A DNA stretch of 64,000 nucleotides from Promethearchaeota archaeon (lineage in GTDB: Archaea; Asgardarchaeota; Lokiarchaeia; Sigyniarchaeales; SOKP01). Every line of letters starts with the position of its first letter. The stretch's first letter is position 1. The notes under the pieces are model-generated. The model ran no database searches. It had not been told where the DNA came from and worked only from the letters and a program-made list of their open reading frames with translations. Positions 59,586 to 64,000 of this stretch are shown in pieces. The stretch is taken from contig JBHLPW010000021.1 in assembly GCA_048939015.1 (NCBI GenBank), positions 1 to 64,000 on the forward strand, written 5' to 3'. The position numbers and the translations under genes are program-made.

Positions 59586-59694
59586 TGATACAACCTAATT
59601 AAAATTATTTACGGTTGGCTATAATTGTACCAATTAAGTTTTGTAAGAATTCTGTTGATATAAGTTTAACTTAAAATTTTTATCATTTCAATCA

Positions 59695-59804
59695 TAGAAA
59701 TGTATTTCTTGGGAGGAAGAAAAAGAATTAAACAAAGATTCGGTAATGAATATGAGGAATATCAGAAAAAAGTACCAATGTTTTTTCCCCAACTAAGAGA
59801 TTAA
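59695..59804 (+). pseudogene. C-terminal remnant of an isoprenylcysteine carboxyl methyltransferase/PEMT-family gene
   Basis: WEEEKEL / KQRFGNEYEEYQKKVPMFFP with a 1-nt frameshift near 59730; no N-terminal part present. Confidence 0.6.
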
Positions 59805-59901
59805 CTATTAGTTTTTAAATATAAGGCATTCAGTTTTTTAGTAAATTATATCAGTAATATACTATTTTAATTTTTAACCTTATTATAAAAGGGATCTTTT
59901 A

Positions 59902-61182
59902 ATGCAAGCTTCAAATAGAACTCAATTAAGCCAAAAACAAACTTCAGTAAACTATAGAGCATGGCCAATATTTTTGCTTGCATTTGTTAGATTATTTTAT
60001 GTTTCTATTTTCGAGAGAGCCTTATATAACTATCTTTATTATGATATTGGTATTAGAGAGAGTACTTTAGGTTTTATATCCTCAGCGGGATCTATAACCT
60101 ATATTTTTGCTCCGATTTTAGGACAGCTACTGACAAATAAATTTCTAGGAACTAGAAATGCCCTTATTTTAACTTCTTTTTTAACACCAATATTAACTGG
60201 CCTTCAAGTCATATATCCCGAGCCATGGTTCTTAATAATCTGTCGAGTTTCTTTAGGGTTAACATTAGGACTCTTTTGGCCGAACTGTCTAAGCCTCTTA
60301 AGTAAATGGGCTAAAGTAAGTACTACAGAAAAATCAAAAAAGAATTTTGGGATATTCAATCTAAGCTGGAATTCAGGCTTTATCAGCGGGTTAATTGTTG
60401 GATTTCTTTGGGCGTTTACTTGGAGCGATTTTTTCGCTATGATAATTTCATGGATACTATCATTTCTACTAATCCCAGTAAGTTTCTTTATAATCAAGGA
60501 GAAAAAACCGAGTATTTCAAAAGAAATTGTTATTTATCAATCAGAAGATCCTCTTTCTTATTTGGATATTAAGGAGGATTTATTAGTTAACTCACAAACA
60601 CCCATGATTGTATACCCTGTCCTTTTTTCATGGTTCTGCATAATGTTTTTGACTATTTCTAAATCAATATTTATTTTTAGTTATCCAATTATAGTAAAAG
60701 CTCTCTTATCAGAGGACTTTTCCTATCTTACCTACCTGGTACAAGGTGGGCTACAATTAATGCAACTTATTGGACTAACCTGGGTAAATTCAATGAAAAT
60801 TTATACTAGAAAAATAGCCTCACTTTTAAGTATTATATCCATTGCTATAGTTACAATCCCAATTGTACTTCTAAGTAATATTTGGTATATTTCAATTATA
60901 ACTGTGGTAATAGGGCTATTTTTAGGATTAATACATGGTGTTGGACTAAAGATAATGCTAGAATATGGAACCGCAGAGAACACTACAAAATACGCTACAA
61001 TCAATGAAGTTATAATAGGTATGGGTTTTGGTTTAACTCCTATAATCGCAGGTTATGTTATCGAAGTAAATTTATTCGGAATACATTGGTTTTTAACATT
61101 TCTTGGCCCTTTTATGTTGGTAATCCTAATATTTTTATCAAGGAAAATTAAAAGAAAAGAAAATATCTTAGAGACTTCATAA
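59902..61182 (+). CDS. MFS transporter
   Basis: About 12 TM, R..LG...G.FWP, SWN.G...G, G.G..PI.AG. Confidence 0.82.
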   Translation: MQASNRTQLSQKQTSVNYRAWPIFLLAFVRLFYVSIFERALYNYLYYDIGIRESTLGFISSAGSITYIFAPILGQLLTNKFLGTRNALILTSFLTPILTGLQVIYPEPWFLIICRVSLGLTLGLFWPNCLSLLSKWAKVSTTEKSKKNFGIFNLSWNSGFISGLIVGFLWAFTWSDFFAMIISWILSFLLIPVSFFIIKEKKPSISKEIVIYQSEDPLSYLDIKEDLLVNSQTPMIVYPVLFSWFCIMFLTISKSIFIFSYPIIVKALLSEDFSYLTYLVQGGLQLMQLIGLTWVNSMKIYTRKIASLLSIISIAIVTIPIVLLSNIWYISIITVVIGLFLGLIHGVGLKIMLEYGTAENTTKYATINEVIIGMGFGLTPIIAGYVIEVNLFGIHWFLTFLGPFMLVILIFLSRKIKRKENILETS

Positions 61183-61200
61183 ATTCAGAATTTAACTATT

Positions 61201-61668
61201 TTAACCATAAACAATTTCATCTATATGATCCCTTAATTTTGATTCTAAATCAGGATCTAAAGAGTATCCTTCTTCGATATTCTCTAAAATTTCATTTCTT
61301 AAAAAGATTTCAAGCTCATTCGAACCTAATTTTGCAATTAGATAATTAATGCCCTCTTCATTATTTATAGCATTAGATAAATACATATAAATAATTATAC
61401 TTATCGCTTCTTCTAAATTTTTAGCTCCAATTACGAGAACGGCACCCTTAGTAAACAAATCACCATGATAACTGTATAAATTTGTATTTCCCCATCTCTT
61501 TATTCTATCATTTAAAAAATCTAATACACCGATAATTTCTAAGGGCGATTTTTCAGGCTCAAGCTTAAAGAAAATTCCACATTCAGCTTTTTGTTCATAA
61601 ATTGTTATTAAATTATTAATTTGTATTGTTAACTTTAATTTTACTTCTGAATTGATATTTTCCGACAT
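61201..61668 (-). CDS. Hypothetical protein
   Basis: ORF of about 155 aa with genome-typical composition; MSE start (track extends to TTG 61680). Confidence 0.65.
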   Translation of the reverse strand: MSENINSEVKLKLTIQINNLITIYEQKAECGIFFKLEPEKSPLEIIGVLDFLNDRIKRWGNTNLYSYHGDLFTKGAVLVIGAKNLEEAISIIIYMYLSNAINNEEGINYLIAKLGSNELEIFLRNEILENIEEGYSLDPDLESKLRDHIDEIVYG

Positions 61669-61839
61669 AGAATCAAGCAATTAAATTAAAAAAAATTATT
61701 ATATATTACTATTAGCATACTGAAACAATACTACAAAATCTGTTATTAGTATGATTTTCTAAAGTCAACATCATTTATATAAACGTCTCCTAAGTCTATT
61801 TGACAAAATTATATATTATAGAACTATTAATTTCTATTT

Positions 61840-64000
61840 ATGTTAGAAGAAACAATTCTTGATTTGATTATAGCAATATATACATGTATTGCCGCTTTTG
61901 TCGTTGCATATGCTTTTATAAAAAAAAGAAGTCTCTTGCCTTGGATGATTGGAAGTGCACAATTCGCAGTAGGAGCCATATTTCTTTATTTGCAAGATTT
62001 GAACTCCATTTATCGATTAATAGGGAATTTATTTTATTTAATAACCGTACTTATCTTCATTTCAGCGGTTTCTTATGAATATTATACTCTATTTCTAAAA
62101 CATAAATTAATAGATAGAACGAATTTTAGTATTTTGGTATTATTGTTAAGTTCCGCTACAATAGTATTGATTTCCGTTCAAATTGTAATTATGATTCTAC
62201 TACTATTATCAATAGGAATGTTGTTACGTATTTATGTAAAAAAAAGAAATATAATATATGCATTTATGATCTTGACGCTTACTTCTGCTATATTAACAAA
62301 TATTGCTACAATCCTTAATTTTTATGAGATTACAGGCTCTTGGGAATTAAGTTATGTAGGAAATTTCGCTACAGTATCTTTTCTTTTAACAACAGGATTA
62401 GCAGCGCCCATTGAAACTAAATTAGAGGAATCAGAAAAAAAATATAGAGATTTATTTAATAATGCAACAAGTGGAATTGCTTATCACGAATTAATGTTTA
62501 ATAATGATGGAACTCCTATTGACTATAAAATAACTGATGTTAATCCTCAATATGAAAGAATATTATCTTTAAAGAAGCAAGATGTAATAAATAAGCTTGC
62601 TACCATGGTATATCAAGTTGAAAGCGCACCTTATTTGGATATTTATTCTAAAGTGGCTGAAACATTAGAACCTAATTCGTTTGAAACATATTATTCTCCA
62701 TTGGATAAACACTTTCGAATATCTGTTATTTCCTCAAAAAAGAATAATTTTATTACTGTTTTCGATGATATCACAGAACAAAAACTCTCTAAGCAGAAGC
62801 TTAAAGAAACTGAATCTACATTTCAAAATATTATAGAAAATATCACCGACATAATAATAGTAACTGGATATAATAGAGAAAACATTTATACATCTCCTCA
62901 AGTAACAAAAAAGTTAGGGTGGACAAATATTCTTCAAAATCCTTTATTTGAAATCATCTATCCTGATGATAGAAAAAAACTCATAAAAATGTATGAAGAA
63001 TCAATAAGAAAGAGAGAAGTATTGAATAAAAATGAAATAGAAATTCGCTTACGTAATACTAAAGGGGAATATATTTGGTTTGCTGGTACTACTAATGATT
63101 ATTATGATGAACTAGGCCAAAAAGTAGGATATATCACTTCTTTGAGGGATATTGATAAACGTAAACAAACAGAACAATTATTAAAAGAATCAGAAGAGAA
63201 ATATAAGAGAATCATTGAAAATACGACTGATGTTATAGTAGTCACTAATTTTAAAGGTAAACATATATATATATCTCCTCAATATTTTAATCTTCTAGGT
63301 TATTCAGAAGAGGAGGCAGGTAGAATTATGTTTGAATTAATTCACCCGGATGACCGCGAAAGGATGATTCAATATTATAAAGAGTCCATAGGAGAGAAAA
63401 AAGATTTGAAGCTAGGAGAAATTGAACAAAGATGGCGACACAAAGATGGTCATTATATTTGGGTCTCTACTATAACAAAAAATTATAATAATGAAAAGGG
63501 AGAGATGATTGGGTGGATTACCTCAATAAGAAGTATTTCAGAACGAAAGTTAGCTGAACAAAAACTTAAAGATTCGGAACAAAAATATCGAAGTTTGTTT
63601 GATGGAGCGAATGATGCTATTTTTGTTACAGAAGGGGAAAAGATTATCGATGCAAATATTATGGCAGTAAATATATTTGGGTATGAAGATATTTCAGAAT
63701 TTATTGGATTAACACCATGGGACATATCTCCATTAAATCAACCAGATGGTAAAAATTCAAGAAAACAAGGTTTAAAATTAGGACAAAAGGCTCTAGATGG
63801 AGAACCCCAAAGATTATATTGGCAACATAAAAAAAAAGATGGGGCACTAATCGATACCGAAATATCTATGAGTAAGATATTAATTGAAGAAAAATCTTAT
63901 ATCCAAGCAATTATAAGAGATATAACTGAAAAAATGGAAGCTGAAAGATTGATTCTTGAAGAAAATAAAAAACTTTTAGAACTTCACGAAACCAGAAAAG
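61840..64000 (+). CDS. Membrane-bound multi-PAS sensor (probable histidine kinase), truncated by the window end; missing from ORF track
   Basis: Open frame from ATG 61840 to the end; 6-7 TM helices, then four PAS/PAC units (ESEKKYR..., ETESTFQ..., ESEEKYR..., DSEQKYR...) ending DITE/DIDK/SISE/DITE. Confidence 0.88.
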   Translation, partial: MLEETILDLIIAIYTCIAAFVVAYAFIKKRSLLPWMIGSAQFAVGAIFLYLQDLNSIYRLIGNLFYLITVLIFISAVSYEYYTLFLKHKLIDRTNFSILVLLLSSATIVLISVQIVIMILLLLSIGMLLRIYVKKRNIIYAFMILTLTSAILTNIATILNFYEITGSWELSYVGNFATVSFLLTTGLAAPIETKLEESEKKYRDLFNNATSGIAYHELMFNNDGTPIDYKITDVNPQYERILSLKKQDVINKLATMVYQVESAPYLDIYSKVAETLEPNSFETYYSPLDKHFRISVISSKKNNFITVFDDITEQKLSKQKLKETESTFQNIIENITDIIIVTGYNRENIYTSPQVTKKLGWTNILQNPLFEIIYPDDRKKLIKMYEESIRKREVLNKNEIEIRLRNTKGEYIWFAGTTNDYYDELGQKVGYITSLRDIDKRKQTEQLLKESEEKYKRIIENTTDVIVVTNFKGKHIYISPQYFNLLGYSEEEAGRIMFELIHPDDRERMIQYYKESIGEKKDLKLGEIEQRWRHKDGHYIWVSTITKNYNNEKGEMIGWITSIRSISERKLAEQKLKDSEQKYRSLFDGANDAIFVTEGEKIIDANIMAVNIFGYEDISEFIGLTPWDISPLNQPDGKNSRKQGLKLGQKALDGEPQRLYWQHKKKDGALIDTEISMSKILIEEKSYIQAIIRDITEKMEAERLILEENKKLLELHETRK

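Noticed and set aside
61840-62420. Rhodopsin-type 7TM sensor domain
   Set aside because: No retinal-binding Lys motif in the last TM helix; treated as a generic membrane sensor region.
2562-63725. Short antisense or alternate-frame ORFs in the track (for example 2908-3105, 4872-5135, 12997-13308, 20184-20468, 50609-50842, 52703-53032, 53292-53630, 63483-63725)
   Set aside because: They overlap well-supported genes or regulatory DNA and have no recognisable motifs; shadow ORFs.
1-64000. CRISPR arrays, tRNA/rRNA genes, IS elements or prophage
   Set aside because: No regularly spaced repeats, GC-rich cloverleaf or rRNA-like segments, or transposase, integrase or capsid ORFs were seen.

Overview
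A very AT-rich, gene-dense archaeal window, most consistent with an Asgard archaeon of the Lokiarchaeia (Promethearchaeota). The evidence is two multidomain small GTPases (longin-like/Arf and HhH/Arf/roadblock), a V4R/Bet3-fold protein, a vWA plus double C4HC3-finger protein, a one-domain gelsolin, a single-pass receptor-like protein with a cytoplasmic longin-like domain, archaeal CdhA and an MtrH-like protein. The rest encodes ordinary metabolism, transport and regulation (acyl-CoA synthetase, UxaE, sugar nucleotidyltransferases, maltokinase-like and GH57 pair, tandem sulfatases, MFS carriers, Csp, and a multi-PAS sensor cut by the window end). No rRNA, tRNA, CRISPR or IS element was seen. 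The best candidate for an undescribed system is 49.0-53.7 kb. It contains a Cys-Cys-bearing MarR regulator, a QueG-like B12/Fe-S reductase, an unannotated 28-aa Cys-Cys micropeptide, an iron-sulfur flavoprotein, a class I SAM methyltransferase fused to an HgcA-like corrinoid/membrane protein, and an HgcB-like ferredoxin. A repeated TAGTTAG-N4-CTAACTA operator precedes three of these genes and also appears before a distant B12 radical SAM gene. Other notable signals are several genes apparently starting at ATT behind strong SD motifs, and a standalone copy of the gelsolin C-terminal helical repeat domain. All family calls come from motif recognition by eye; no searches were run.
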